A stretch of DNA of 63,541 nt, filler included, from Octopus bimaculoides (GCF_001194135.2; 6 parts of 6 records of this genome joined end to end with filler, not necessarily neighbours in it); one strand, 5' to 3'. Shown: positions 23,051 through 36,919, numbered from the whole stretch's first letter. Translations and numbers: made by a program. The notes: generated by a model not told the origin, from the sequence alone.

Positions 23051-24373
23051 CTTCTCACATAGTGTTGTTACCATATCATTATGCTAGAAAATATATAAAC
23101 ATATATGNNNNNNNNNNNNNNNNNNNNNNNNNNNNNNNNNNNNNNNNNNNNNNNNNNNNNNNNNNNNNNNNNNNNNNNNNNNNNNNNNNNNNNNNNNNNN
23201 NNNNNNNNNNNNNNNNNNNNNNNNNNNNNNNNNNNNNNNNNNNNNNNNNNNNNNNNNNNNNNNNNNNNNNNNNNNNNNNNNNNNNNNNNNNNNNNNNNNN
23301 NNNNNNNNNNNNNNNNNNNNNNNNNNNNNNNNNNNNNNNNNNNNNNNNNNNNNNNNNNNNNNNNNNNNNNNNNNNNNNNNNNNNNNNNNNNNNNNNNNNN
23401 NNNNNNNNNNNNNNNNNNNNNNNNNNNNNNNNNNNNNNNNNNNNNNNNNNNNNNNNNNNNNNNNNNNNNNNNNNNNNNNNNNNNNNNNNNNNNNNNNNNN
23501 NNNNNNNNNNNNNNNNNNNNNNNNNNNNNNNNNNNNNNNNNNNNNNNNNNNNNNNNNNNNNNNNNNNNNNNNNNNNNNNNNNNNNNNNNNNNNNNNNNNN
23601 NNNNNNNNNNNNNNNNNNNNNNNNNNNNNNNATTGAATTAGTTGAATGGATCTAAATACTTAAAATGATTATTTGTTTCTTTAAACATTTTAAAGCTTCC
23701 ATGAATGCCACCTTCAAAATGTCGTCTTTCACCTAAAGCTTTTAAATTAATATTTTGCTATAAGGGAAATAAATCATCTTCATGAACTCTGTTGCCCTTC
23801 AAATACATTCAAATAGCAAAGTTTACATAACAAATTCAAAGTTTCGTTTTAGGGTTTGTTATCTTTAATAATTTAATTTCCAGAGGAAGCAACAAAAAAA
23901 AAAAAAGATAGCTAAAACAAAAATAAACATACAAAAAAAAAACTTATGGAAATAGTGCAGTAAATATTACTAATACGATAGAGGATTTATACAAAAAGTA
24001 AAAAATCTGCGGCGGAAAAATGAACAGAATTTCATTTAATGCAGAATAATATTCCACAAAAGTTGATTTCAATTTAGAAAAGTTATATATTTATGAATTA
24101 AAAAATTAACACATAATATGAAAGCATTCGAGGCAGTGAAATAAGTTTTTTTTTTTTTTGTGTGTGTATTTAGCGTCTTGTTTTCCTCATAATGATTGCT
24201 CCAGCTAAGAAATAAAATTGCTCAAAATCTTCTAACCATCTACGACTTAATCAAGTCCATTGTTGCATATTACTAGTCAATTAGTTACTATGTTCAAATA
24301 GAGAGGAAAAGGAGAAATTAGTAAACGTACCCTAACCCTCTGTGAGACTGGACATCCAACACCCTCTACACTA

Positions 24374-24613
24374 TTCTTTTATTCTTTTATTCCTTTATTT
24401 GTTTCAGTCATTTGACTGCGGCCATGCTAGAGCACAGTCTTTAGTCGAAACAAATCGACCCCGAGACTTATTCTTTGTAAGCCTAGTACTTATTGTATCG
24501 GTCTCTTTTGCCGAACCGCAAAATTACAGGGACATAAACACACCAACATTGGTTGTCAAGCGATGGTGGGGGCACAAACACAGGCACACAAACATACACA
24601 CACAGGCACACAT

Positions 24614-24660
<47 letters not shown>
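24374..24660 (-). mobile_element. SINE family A, 3' half running into a gap at the internal microsatellite
   Basis: TTTCAGTCATTTGACTGCGGCCATGCT...TTGCCGAACCGC...GTTGTCAAGCGATGG. Confidence 0.88.
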
Positions 24661-26068
24661 NNNNNNNNNNNNNNNNNNNNNNNNNNNNNNNNNNNNNNNN
24701 NNNNNNNNNNNNNNNNNNNNNNNNNNNNNNNNNNNNNNNNNNNNNNNNNNNNNNNNNNNNNNNNNNNNNNNNNNNNNNNNNNNNNNNNNNNNNNNNNNNN
24801 NNNNNNNNNNNNNNNNNNNNNNNNNNNNNNNNNNNNNNNNNNNNNNNNNNNNNNNNNNNNNNNNNNNNNNNNNNNNNNNNNNNNNNNNNNNNNNNNNNNN
24901 NNNNNNNNNNNNNNNNNNNNNNNNNNNNNNNNNNNNNNNNNNNNNNNNNNNNNNNNNNNNNNNNNNNNNNNNNNNNNNNNNNNNNNNNNNNNNNNNNNNN
25001 NNNNNNNNNNNNNNNNNNNNNNNNNNNNNNNNNNNNNNNNTATATATATATATATGTGTGTGTACATATAATCCTAGTGTTGTGATTACCTGTTCTTTGG
25101 ATAAGAGAGTTTCCAAAGCATTCACATTTTATTTGAGATGCCTGAATGTTTTCGAATAAATATCATCAAATTCACAGTTCTTAATTTCAAGAACAGCATA
25201 GCTGACAAGTTCATTAGTGGATTCTGATATGTTGTTATAGAATATCGGTTCTTTCTGTGTGTCTTCTTTCTGTTCTTGGTATTTTCCTTGTATTTTTTGC
25301 TGGTTTTTTTTCTTGTTATTTCAGTTTTTTTTTTGTTTCTATTGTTCCTCTTGTCTTCCGTTTGTCGTATTTCTCGTAGATTCTGTTTTGCTTGCTTTTC
25401 TCTTTGTTGCCAATCTCCTGCGCTCTAGCATATCGAAGTTCATCCGAATGAAAATCGGCACCGCGTTCTCAGAACAATTCATCACTGATGGATTCCTAGT
25501 CTTGAGTTTAATATTTACGACAAATAACATCAAGCTGCTCCACGCACACACCAATCAGACTGGAAACAACAATCACATGATAATTTCAAGGTAGTACATA
25601 CCACACATTGTGCTATTACATATGCCACCCCACAAAAATCGATGTGGCAAGGTTAACACATAGACACTTACACACAGAAATACAAATATATGTTGATGTG
25701 TTAGTGATTTGGAGCAGAGCACACTATCAACGTATGCGTTTCCAACGGACATTCTAGTCGAGAGAATACTAAGATCAAGAGAACTAAAGATAAAAGGGGA
25801 AAATATCAAAGAAAGTCATAAATAACACTTAATACGCCATTCCTAAGAAAGGCGTATATTTACAATAATATTACACATACACACACAAACACACAAACAA
25901 ACACACACACGCACACAGAAATTTACAACCATAGAGGCATACACAGGCACACGTGTCTTAACGTGTGCCTATATATANNNNNNNNNNNNNNNNNNNNNNN
26001 NNNNNNNNNNNNNNNNNNNNNNNNNNNNNNNNNNNNNNNNNNNNNNNNNNNNNNNNNNNNNNNNNNNN

Positions 26069-26111
<43 letters not shown>

Positions 26112-26557
26112 TTCAAATATACACGAACATATACTTGTTTATATATTCATATAAGTACGTAAATTTGAATATATACATAATTATACATATATGTATGTAT
26201 GTATATGCATATAATATACATTTAGACGTACACTGGCATATATGTTCAAATCTACTTATATTTCCATAAATATATATATGTATATATATTCATATGTTAA
26301 TATAGGTGTGCATATATATTGCATATACATTACATGGGCATATGTATATATGTACATATAAGTATGAATTAATAATAAATATATATACATGTACTAATAC
26401 ACATAGATATATTTGCATAATCTATGCATACATATAAATATCTGCATGTAGTTATATATGATTATATGTATGATTACTCATATACATACGTACACACACT
26501 TATGTAAGAATATATATGTGTACACCCACACCCACACCCGCGCACACACACATATAT

Positions 26558-26632
<75 letters not shown>

Positions 26633-27286
26633 NNNNNNNNNNNNNNNNNNNNNNNNNNNNNNNNNNNNNNNNNNNNNNNNNNNNNNNNNNNNNNNNNNNN
26701 NNNNNNNNNNNNNNNNNNNNNNNNNNNNNNNNNNNNNNNNNNNNNNNNNNNNNNNNNNNNNNNNNNNNNNNNNNNNNNNNNNNNNNNNNNNNNNNNNNNN
26801 NNNNNNNNNNNNNNNNNNNNNNNNNNNNNNNNNNNNNNNNNNNNNNNNNNNNNNNNNNNNNNNNNNNNNNNNNNNNNNNNNNNNNNNNNNNNNNNNNNNN
26901 NNNNNNNNNNNNNNNNNNNNNNNNNNNNNNNNNNNNNNNNNNNNNNNNNNNNNNNNNNNNNNNNNNNNNNNNNNNNNNNNNNNNNNNNNNNNNNNNNNNN
27001 NNNNNNNNNNNNNNNNNNNNNNNNNNNNNNNNNNNNNNNNNNNNNNNNNNNNNNNNNNNNNNNNNNNNNNNNNNNNNNNNNNNNNNNNNNNNNNNNNNNN
27101 NNNNNNNNNNNNNNNNNNNNNNNNNNNNNTTTTTTTATTTTATGTCTTACACTCAATTCTATTTCTAAGAAAAATTCAAATATATTCCAACAGGCTTATT
27201 AAATAAACTGAATAATAAAACAACTTTTAGGATAATAACGTTATGATCTTATAAATCCTTATTATTATTAACATTGTCATTGCTAT

Positions 27287-27344
27287 TCTTCTTCTTCTTC
27301 TTCTTCTTCTTCTTCTTCTTCTTCTTCTTCTTCTTCTTCTTCTT

Positions 27345-27403
<59 letters not shown>
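27287..27403. repeat. Compound microsatellite (CTT)n then (ATT)n
   Basis: Read directly. Confidence 0.97.
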
Positions 27404-27404
<1 letters not shown>

Positions 27405-28733
27405 TTCATAATCATCTTCATCGTTTCTCGCGTTATTTTATTGTATTTTTCTTTCGAATAAACAAACAAGTTTTTCATTTGAGTTTTTGAAATTAGCATT
27501 AGAATGAAATATAGAGATTGTGTGGTATTTTTCCTAATAGCAATCAATGATGAAGACGAATGAGGCAATAGAAAGTGTGGAGTTGACGTGTAATTTTCAG
27601 CTGCTAACAATATTAATTTGTTCCAACTGTTTGTAAGCGAGACAACAAAGGTTGTGTTGACAATTAATTTTATCATCAAATATTTTAAATTCCATTCTAT
27701 GCTATCATTAAAATGTCTTCCTATTAAAATAATAAGCATTTAATGATAAATGTTAGAAATTTGTTTGTTTGTCTGTTTGCTTGTCGCTTTTTGTATTTTC
27801 TTTGTGTGCTTGTATTATTATTATTTTATTTCTTGAAATTATGTTTCGTCTTTCTTTCTATTTTCTTAGACATACGTTATTATAAAAAGAACTACTTTCT
27901 CCGTCTACCTCCACCCGAAATAATAACTAGTAAATAAATAAATATGTAAAAGAAATAAATATAACATAATATACAGCAATAACAAATAGCAAAGAATGAA
28001 AGTGAATGGTTATCCTTTTCGTTAAGCACAAAAGATCTATGTTACAAGGAGAGATCAAAGAGAAGCTGTATCGTGTATGCCTTTCTCAATAGCATCAGTG
28101 AAATAAATAAAGACTAATGACTTCAAACGAGAGCTAAAATTTGCATCATAAACTACATATCATAGGAATGGCGGTATATTTGATTTTCTTTGATTATTTA
28201 AAAATTCTATATTATTGAACAAGTTGTTCATTATTTAAAAAAAAAAATGACGGAAAAGTATATTAAGTTGGAAGCTAGGTGTAGACTGCATAAGAAATAT
28301 ATGGTAATTTTGTATTGTTGTTAACTTAAATGAAGGTAAAAATGACCTAGAATTTATGTAGCACAGAGGTAAAGTTGTGCAGAGAGAAAAATTGCGGTAT
28401 TTTTGCGTGAAGTTAACCGTAAATTTAACACCCATGTTATGTTAGAATCAGAAAAAATTGTGGTCACTGGAAAAATGGTATGATTTGGTAACATGCACCA
28501 TGCCGTTGTTAGGTGTCTTACGTGCCCCATGGATGTCGTCAAACTTGGATCAGTGGGACCTTCTGAATGTGACAGCTGAAAGCAGAACGGGATGCACCAG
28601 CACTTGGCTGGAATTCATTTTCAACTCAGTATACGACAATGTTCTTGTAAACACACACACACACATACATATATACCTATATATGTTACACACTTCCATA
28701 TACACATACATTTCGGTAATTTGCGCCTGAGTG

Positions 28734-28781
<48 letters not shown>

Positions 28782-29156
28782 NNNNNNNNNNNNNNNNNNN
28801 NNNNNNNNNNNNNNNNNNNNNNNNNNNNNNNNNNNNNNNNNNNNNNNNNNNNNNNNNNNNNNNNNNNNNNNNNNNNNNNNNNNNNNNNNNNNNNNNNNNN
28901 NNNNNNNNNNNNNNNNNNNNNNNNNNNNNNNNNNNNNNNNNNNNNNNNNNNNNNNNNNNNNNNNNNNNNNNNNNNNNNNNNNNNNNNNNNNNNNNNNNNN
29001 NNNNNNNNNNNNNNNNNNNNNNNNNNNNNNNNNNNNNNNNNNNNNNNNNNNNNNNNNNNNNNNNNNNNNNNNNNNNNNNNNNNNNNNNNNNNNNNNNNNN
29101 NNNNNNNNNNNNNNNNNNNNNNNNNNNNNNNNNNNNNNNNNNNNNNNNNNNNNNNN

Positions 29157-29189
<33 letters not shown>

Positions 29190-30112
29190 GCGAGTGGGTT
29201 TGTGTATATATATTTGTTTGGGTGTATATGTGTATACACATGGAGACATGTGTATGCATTTGAATGTGTGTGCGTGTATGTGCAAATGTATGAGTATATA
29301 TATGTGTACGTAGATGCAGGTATGTGAGTGTGTGTGGGTGCGATTGTGTGTGTTAGTGTGCACATGTGCGTGTGGATGTATGCATGCACGCGTATGTAGA
29401 TGTGTGGATGTATGTCTATGTATGTGTATGTGGACGTATGTATGCGTGTGAGTATTTATACATATTTAACTAAATAAGGACACACCTTACCAACAGTGAA
29501 AAGTGAATAAAATGACCTCAAATGAAAAGATTCACAAAGGTCATCTTTTGACAAGAATCCTAAAAGTCCATTTCATTATTCCTGTTAGACTAATCTGTCC
29601 TCACTACCATTTTCTACACTTTGTCTTCTTACCATCCACCTTTCATGTTTCTTCTTTTCCTCGGTTTTTCTTTTTCTTTTTTCCTTCTTTCTTTTCCTAT
29701 TTTTTTTCTTTATTCTTCTTTTTCCACACATGCTGTTGTATTTACTTTTTGTATTTTTTATTATTTTTATATTATTTTTATATCAGGTTTTATACTTTTG
29801 ATTTCCAATTTAAAAATGTTTTCCCCCCTCTTCTATTTATTTTTTAAACTGTTATTCGTATACTTGTAAGAAAAAAAAAACTTTTGGTATATAGACAACC
29901 TTCTAAACCACAGAAGCACATACACAAATGGTCATTTGAAACACCCACCTCTGAAGTAATAAAAAAAGACCACAATGATGCTCCAGCATGACCGAAGCCG
30001 CATTGCTGAAACNNNNNNNNNNNNNNNNNNNNNNNNNNNNNNNNNNNNNNNNNNNNTTAATTAATTAANNNNNNNNNNNNNNNNNNNNNNNNNNNNNNNN
30101 NNNNNNNNNNNN

Positions 30113-30166
<54 letters not shown>

Positions 30167-30169
<3 letters not shown>

Positions 30170-30542
30170 TGCTTTCTAATTGATGTATCAATACCAGCAG
30201 ATGACAACGTTTCTCTAAAAGAAATGGAAAAACTTTCAAAATACAAAGACCTGGAAATAGAGATAACTCGAATGTGGAATCTAAAAACAGAAACAATTCC
30301 TATCATAGTAGGTGCCTTAGGTATAATAAAAAAATATTCAGACAAATACATAACAAAAATAGCAGGACTTACAAATATATATAACATACAGAAAATTGCA
30401 CTACTGGGTACTGCACACATTCTACGCAAAACACTTTCAATACAGTAAACATAAGAGCACCACAGCAAACCACAGCACATACCCAAGGCGCACAGAGCTG
30501 CGCTCGGTAGTGAACTGAAAGCACGTTATAAAAATAAAACTA

Positions 30543-30545
<3 letters not shown>
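30167..30545 (+). mobile_element. 5'-truncated R4/Dong-like non-LTR retrotransposon (REL endonuclease C-terminus and 3' UTR) inside (TAA)n
   Basis: Open frame 30167-30448 KCFLIDVSIPADDNVSLKEMEKLSKYKDLEIEITRMWNLKTETIPIIVGALG...GTAHILRKTL, matching the restriction-like endonuclease motifs D...P and K..KY..L; (TAA)n on both sides. Confidence 0.88.
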
Positions 30546-30586
<41 letters not shown>

Positions 30587-31199
30587 TAATAATAATAGTA
30601 ATAACCTGGAATTGGGAGAGCGTGTCTTAGAAGTCATGAATTGCGACGAAAGGACTTTCACAAACACAACTTCCCGATTGACTAAACAAATGATTAATCA
30701 ATCAATCGATTAGTTAGTTGGTTAAATACTTAACTAAATGAATAATAAAGAATTGAAATTGAACCACTGCTTGTGTTTATTATTTATTGACTTAATGACC
30801 CACCCGAAATACAGCAAACGGATTATATTTTCTTTGTTAGCCATAAGAGTACGAAGGGTGAGAAAAAATGTTTCATTGAGGTTTACAAAGAAGGAAAAGT
30901 TAGAGTGTGAAGACAAGTTTACAAGTACGACAGTGAGGCAGTGAAAATGTAACAGTATATATGAATGGGCGTATTAGGATTTTAAATAAAAATTACGACA
31001 TAATACGTAATAGTTTAAACAAGATATAATTATAAGGAAGTAAAACGTGACTCTATTGGTTTATCTATTACCAAAGAGTGTTCGAGTGCAACCACTTCTT
31101 CTTTCTTTTTTCCCTTTTTTTTTTTTTGTTATTCTAGTTTTTTGTAAAGTCCGTTGCAGCGTAGATGCGTAATACTGCTTATTAATTGTTCGTTTGAAC

Positions 31200-32100
31200 T
31201 TAGAAATAGGGTGAAAATTACGTCATCCTTGTCCTCTTTATTTCTTCGTTGTTTTTCTCAGGAAGAGTATCTTCATTATTATTTTAAAGAATTCTTCCTT
31301 CTCCCTCAGTTTCATTGTTTGAGTCTTCTTTAAGATTGTTTCCTTTTCCATTTCGTAGATTCATCGATACTTGCTAGGTTTTCATCTGCAACTATCATTT
31401 CTTCGTCATCGCAAGATGGTTACATGATCTTACTTAGGGATACAAATACTCGACATTTTTGCTTATCTACTTCTAATACTGTTCAGTTTTTCCAGTTTTT
31501 CGGACCATTCGGCTCTGAAGTGATTTTCTGACTTGTCTCATTAATCTTATGCTCTTTTTTCCCCCCAACGTTTCCTCTTGAGCACACTTTTGTAACTTTC
31601 GGAAGTTATTAGAATTTTAAAATCCGTCTTTACACCTCCTGATTCTGTTGTTGTTATTGTTGTTGTTGTTGTTGTTGTTTTGTGGTGGTAGTGGTGGTGG
31701 TGGTGGTGGTGGTGTTTTTGACCAAGCGCCTATACTACCATACAGAAGTGAAGGTTACCCTTGGATCTACGTCGTTTCTCATGTCACCATCATCCTTGTA
31801 TTTCTTGATCCCATGTACTGGACCATAACTATATAGTCAGAGATGTGTCTTACAATTTCAGCCTGTACTTTGGCTGAGTTTTCAGTTTTAAAAGCCCAAC
31901 AGATACCACCATAGCTTTTGCCTTTTTTTAACTTGAGAGGATTTCTCTCCATAATATCCTGAGGTTAAATTACTCCACTTCCGTCCTTTCCGAGTCAGAG
32001 ATATGTAATTTTTCTCTCTGCGCTCTCCTGCATTAACTCTTGTGACAGGAAACTGCTGTTCAGCTTTACAAAATTCTCCCAACTCCATCTTTTTCTTTTG
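31200..32100 (-). pseudogene. Possible decayed LINE ORF1-like region
   Basis: Non-microsatellite, purine-rich on the minus strand with broken frames (e.g. KVQAEIVRHISDYIVMVQ); no diagnostic motif is intact. Confidence 0.25.
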
Positions 32101-32361
32101 ACTGCGATAAGTCCAAAAATTCTCTTTGTTCTGTTGATGTTAAGAGAAGGATCGCCTTCACACAATTACTTCTACAGGAATGAATCGTGATGTTCGACTC
32201 GTTATAAGAGTGTGCTGTTATTGCTGTCGTTGTTGTTGTTATTGTTGTTATTGCTGTTGCCTTTGTTGTTGTTGTCGTTGTTGAAGTTCTTGTTACGATC
32301 GATATTTTCTAACCTATCTGTTAGAATGTTTGAAACATGTTTTCTATGCACTCCTTACTAA

Positions 32362-32615
32362 GCGGAGGCATGTGGTTTAGCGGTAAGAGCGTTGCGCTCA
32401 AGGTTGTGGTTTCGTTTCCTGAAGGAGGTGATGCATCGTGTTCTAGAGCAAAACACATAATTTCACGTGGCTTCAGTCCCTTCAGATAGCAAAAATAAGC
32501 AATCCTACGAGGGATCGGCATCCCGGCCACGGGTTGAGGAAATACATGTGCCACAGAAACCCGGAAATCGGCCTTGCGAGCCTATAGATCGTGAAAGACC
32601 CTTGACCCTTACTTC
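32362..32615 (+). mobile_element. SINE family D (tRNA head, distinct body)
   Basis: A-box-like TGGTTTAGCGG, B-box-like GGTTTCGTTTCC, CTAGAGCAAAACAC; head shared with 47099-47345. Confidence 0.7.
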
Positions 32616-32980
32616 TTCTTTTTTGATTGTTTACTAAACAGTTCGATTTTCGTGTTTTTTTTTTTCATTTAGTTTTGTATTTTGACTTTGTTTTTTTCTT
32701 TTCTTCTTTTGTTGTAGTATTTAGTGATAAAACATAAATATATATGGTAGCCATTTCGGATGTCGAAATGTAGTCAATAAAATTCAATAAAATTCAAAAG
32801 GTTTGTAAAAGAACATTTTTTCTTTTTTATCTAAATCAGATAGTGAAGTCGATTTTCTTCGATAATTATAAATTATAGCTCTTTTTAACTAGTTCTCTAT
32901 AGACATCTCTATTCAGTTATGCTTGAATAAACCGTATCTGGAAAGATAAGTAAAACGACAATTTACACGACGAAACTCAC

Positions 32981-33012
<32 letters not shown>

Positions 33013-33056
33013 CATAATAATAATAATAATAATAATAATGATAATAATAATAATAA

Positions 33057-35260
33057 TGCAAATCTCCCCTCAAGTAAAGGTATTTAGCCAAAGAGAAAGG
33101 ATTTGAGACAATAATAGAAGAGTTGAAACAGCATATCATGGCAGTAGCAGGGAAGCTCTCTAGATATCAGAAAAGAATAGATCAGTATCAACAGAATAGA
33201 TTATTTGGGACAGACCGAGGAGATTTTATAACCAAATAAATAGTGGAGGACGAAGTAATGAAGATGATAAACCTAATGCCGAAGAAGCTAGAAAGTTCTG
33301 GAGTAATATTTAAGATAATCACGTCAATCATAATGGAGATTCAGTATGGTTAAAGAAAGTGAGGGAAGAAGTAGTGAGTGAGAAGCAGCCATAACCATTA
33401 ACAGATTAATTAGGGCATTAATGAGTAAGTTTATGAAAAATGCTGAATTGGAAGGGCCCAGGACCAGATTTACTTCAAGGGTACTGACTATAGAAATTTA
33501 GTAGTTTACATAGGAGGCTGAGCAACTTCAGGATTGCTTTAATGGAGGAATAATACCAGATTGGATGACTAGAGGGAGAACAATACTCATTAGGAAAGAT
33601 AAGAGCAAGAGTAATACAGCTAACAACTATAGACTAATCACTTGCTTACCATTAGTGTGAAAGCTGTTAACAGGATTGCTTCAGAAAGCATTTTCGACCA
33701 CCTTGACAGCCAGAATTTACTGCCAGAAGAACAGGAAGGTTGCAGGAAGAAGGATAAATCAGTTCAAAATGAAGTAAAAGCTAGAAAGAAAAGTCCAACA
33801 ATAACATGGATAGATTATTGGAAACATAAGAGAATTAATTAGCTGTAGCATGAGGAAATGGAAAGTAGATCTATACTCAGGTGACACACTCTTCGGGAAA
33901 GTTAATATCAAAGGGAGGAATTCTCCAAGGGGGCTCGTTGTCCCCTTTAATATTTGTCTTATGTTTGATCCCGCCTCAGTTTAATATTAAGGAAGGCAAA
34001 GGCAGAGAAAGATATAGGCATGGAATTTGACATTGATAAGCGTGCAATATTAGTCATGAGAAGGGGACAGATAGTCACCAGTGAAGACATTCAATTACCT
34101 GATGGCTAGGCATTAAAATCATTGAAAGGAAGAGTATCTAGGAGTATTAGAATCTGAAAGAGTACTAACTACAAAAATGTAAACGAAAATTGAGGAGTAC
34201 ATCAAAAGGGTAAGGAAGCTAATTAAGTCAAAGCTAAATGGTCCGAATTTAATGAAGGCTGTAAATAATTGTGCAGTATCATTACTTAGATATTCAACAG
34301 ATTTTGGAGATTCGACAAAAACTGAATTAGCAAAGCTAGACAGAAGAGCTAGGAAGGAATTCAATACGTAAAGAGGACACTACCCTAGGGTAGGAGTAGC
34401 AAGATTATACCTACCTAGAAAGGAAAGTGGAAAGGAGTTAATATCAGTTGCGTGGGGTTAGCTAGAGTATTTTCCAAAGATAGTTGCTGCAAATAGTAGT
34501 AGTGAGACATGGTTATGGTTGCAGAAAGGAAAGATGAAGAGGGAGGTAGAAAGTTTGTTAGTAGCTGCACAAGATCAAACATTAATGACTAATCGGCTAA
34601 AAGCCAAGATAGACAAAAAACCAAGTAGATTCCCAATGTAGATTATGCAAATCAAAAGAGGAAAGCGTTAATCATATTGTAAGTGAATGTAGCATGATGG
34701 CACGGAAAGAATACAAGAAAAGACATAACAATCTAGGGAGAGCAATCAACTTGAAGGTATTTAGAAAGCTAGGATTTGAACATACTGATAAATGGTATGA
34801 ACATGAACCTAGTAAAGTACTAGAAATTAAGAGATACAAGATATTCTGGGACCTTAACTTTCAGACTGACAAAGTAATAGTAACTAGAAGGCCTGATTTG
34901 GTAGTAGTAGATAAAGAGAATAGAAAGTGCCAGATGGGACTTTACAGTCCCAAATGAGGAAAACATTAATAAGAGAAGTATAAAAAGAATAGCAAGGTAC
35001 CCGGACCTAGTTATGAGACTATTGAAAGTGCAGGTAAAATGTATCCCAGTAGTTATAGGTGCATTGGTAATTATCCCTAAAGATCTGAACAGATGGATAA
35101 CAGAAATAGGCATAAAACCCAGTTTAGTACAGCTCCAGGAAAACTGTGTTATTAGGGACAGCTAGGATACTTAGGAAGGTTCTTGGCATCTAAGGGTAGT
35201 TGTTGTAGCTCGATGTTAGCATTGTTTTCTTTTCCAACAGTGTAATCTGTTGAGTGGATA
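33057..35260 (+). pseudogene. Decayed R4/Dong-like non-LTR retrotransposon (RT, CCHC, REL endonuclease, 3' UTR) between (TAA)n tracts
   Basis: Fragmentary frames: EELKQ.I.A.AGKL.RYQ, NYRLITCLPLVWK-like, GI.QG.SLSPL.FVLCL, HIVSECSMMARKEYKKRHN, KIFWDLNFQTDKVIVTRRPDLVVVDK, IPVVIGAL. Many frameshifts; the RT core is partly deleted; (TAA)n at 32983-33056 and 35260-35298. Confidence 0.88.
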
Positions 35261-35298
35261 TAATAATAATAATAATGATAATAATGATAATAATAATT

Positions 35299-36342
35299 AA
35301 TTCGTTTTATTGGCCACAAGGGCTAATATCAATTAAAAACATATAAGGACAAAGACAGGACGAAGGTTACAAAAGGTTTTGTCCGAAAAGGTAGGAAAGT
35401 TCGTCTAAACAGAGGAAGAAAACGGAGAAAGATATAATGAATAAATAGATAAATAAATAGATAAATAAATAAGTAGAAACCCCCGAAGGGGGAGGCGCTT
35501 CGAAAAAGGAAAGGTTACACGTGGAAAAACCCATAAAACCACGGGAGCCTGGTCAGAAAAAAAATAAGAAAGGGGTATAGAGCCCTTTCTCCTTTTACAT
35601 TACCTTTTTTTTTCCTTTTNNNNNNNNNNNNNNNNNNNNNNNNNNNNNNNNNNNNNNNNNNNNNNNNNNNNNNNNNNNNNNNNNNNNNNNNNNNNNNNNN
35701 NNNNNNNNNNNNNNNNNNNNNNNNNNNNNNNNNNNNNNNNNNNNNNNNNNNNNNNNNNNNNNNNNNNNNNNNNNNNNNNNNNNNNNNNNNNNNNNNNNNN
35801 NNNNNNNNNNNNNNNNNNNNNNNNNNNNNNNNNNNNNNNNNNNNNNNNNNNNNNNNNNNNNNNNNNNNNNNNNNNNNNNNNNNNNNNNNNNNNNNNNNNN
35901 NNNNNNNNNNNNNNNNNNNNNNNNNNNNNNNNNNNNNNNNNNNNNNNNNNNNNNNNNNNNNNNNNNNNNNNNNNNNNNNNNNNNNNNNNNNNNNNNNNNN
36001 NNNNNNNNNNNNNNNNNNNNNNNNNNNNNNNNNNNNNNNNNNNNNNNNNNNNNNNNNNNNNNNNNNNNNNNNNNNNNNNNNNNNNNNNNNNNNNNNNNNN
36101 NNNNNNNNNNNNNNNNNNNNNNNNNNNNNNNNNNNNNNNNNNNNNNNNNNNNNNNNNNNNNNNNNNNNNNNNNNNNNNNNNNNNNNNNNNNNNNNNNNNA
36201 TCCTCGACGCCTAGGGTTTCCCCGAGAACGTCGTCGCACTTTTCTCCCACTAACCCTCTATAGAACGCTAGAGTGGAGCTACTACCGATCGCACTGCCCG
36301 CCTGACTGAGGGCGGTGAGAGCTTGGCGGCACTCGAGGTGCC
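35299..36342 (-). mobile_element. 5'-truncated L1/Tx1-like LINE (ORF2 C-terminal fragment, gap, 3' UTR)
   Basis: 36200-36342 minus frame HLECRQALTALSQAGSAIGSSSTLAFYRGLVGEKCDDVLGETLGVED resembles the pre-zinc-finger region of L1/Tx1 ORF2; 35299-35615 matches 1078-1350. Joining the two across the 580-N gap is inferred. Confidence 0.55.
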
Positions 36343-36351
36343 AATAATAAT

Positions 36352-36433
36352 AAACCAGAGCACATACCCAAGGCGCACAGAGCTGCGCTCGGTAGTGAAG
36401 TGAAAGCACGTTATAAAAATAAAACTACAGAAC
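36352..36433 (+). mobile_element. Very short 3' UTR copy of the R4/Dong-like element at 30167-30545, in (TAA)n
   Basis: GCACATACCCAAGGCGCACAGAGCTGCGCTCGGTAGTGAAGTGAAAGCACGTTATAAAAATAAAACTAC is nearly identical to 30475-30544. Confidence 0.9.
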
Positions 36434-36502
<69 letters not shown>

Positions 36503-36919
36503 CCACAAACACAAGACACACTCTATGTAGTAAATATCTAATAATAAAAAGAACCCCCACATGTATTCTACAGGCCGGATACCCAACATAAAAACACAAC
36601 TCACATTTTGCAAACAACACACAATACAAACACTAACAACAAAAGACTACAACCAAAGCCCATAACAAAACAAACTGGTGCAATACAATATCGGAAAGAG
36701 TTTGCACTCCTCCAACAACATAAAAGATCACACAATGCTGCACATACCTCAGCAACACGCAAGTGTAGCAGGTGATGCAGTAGAAATTTGCCTGAAACTA
36801 CCCGTTTCTTTTTGATTAGAGTGAAAACGGAATACCAACATGGATGAGAAAAGAAAGGACAGTGCTGGTATGGATGGAAAAAGGAAAGAAAAGAGTTAAG
36901 TCAAAAGTTATAGAGTTTA

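Noticed and set aside
28458-28650. GC-balanced segment with open frames on both strands
   Set aside because: No motif is recognised and the splice signals do not give a consistent exon.
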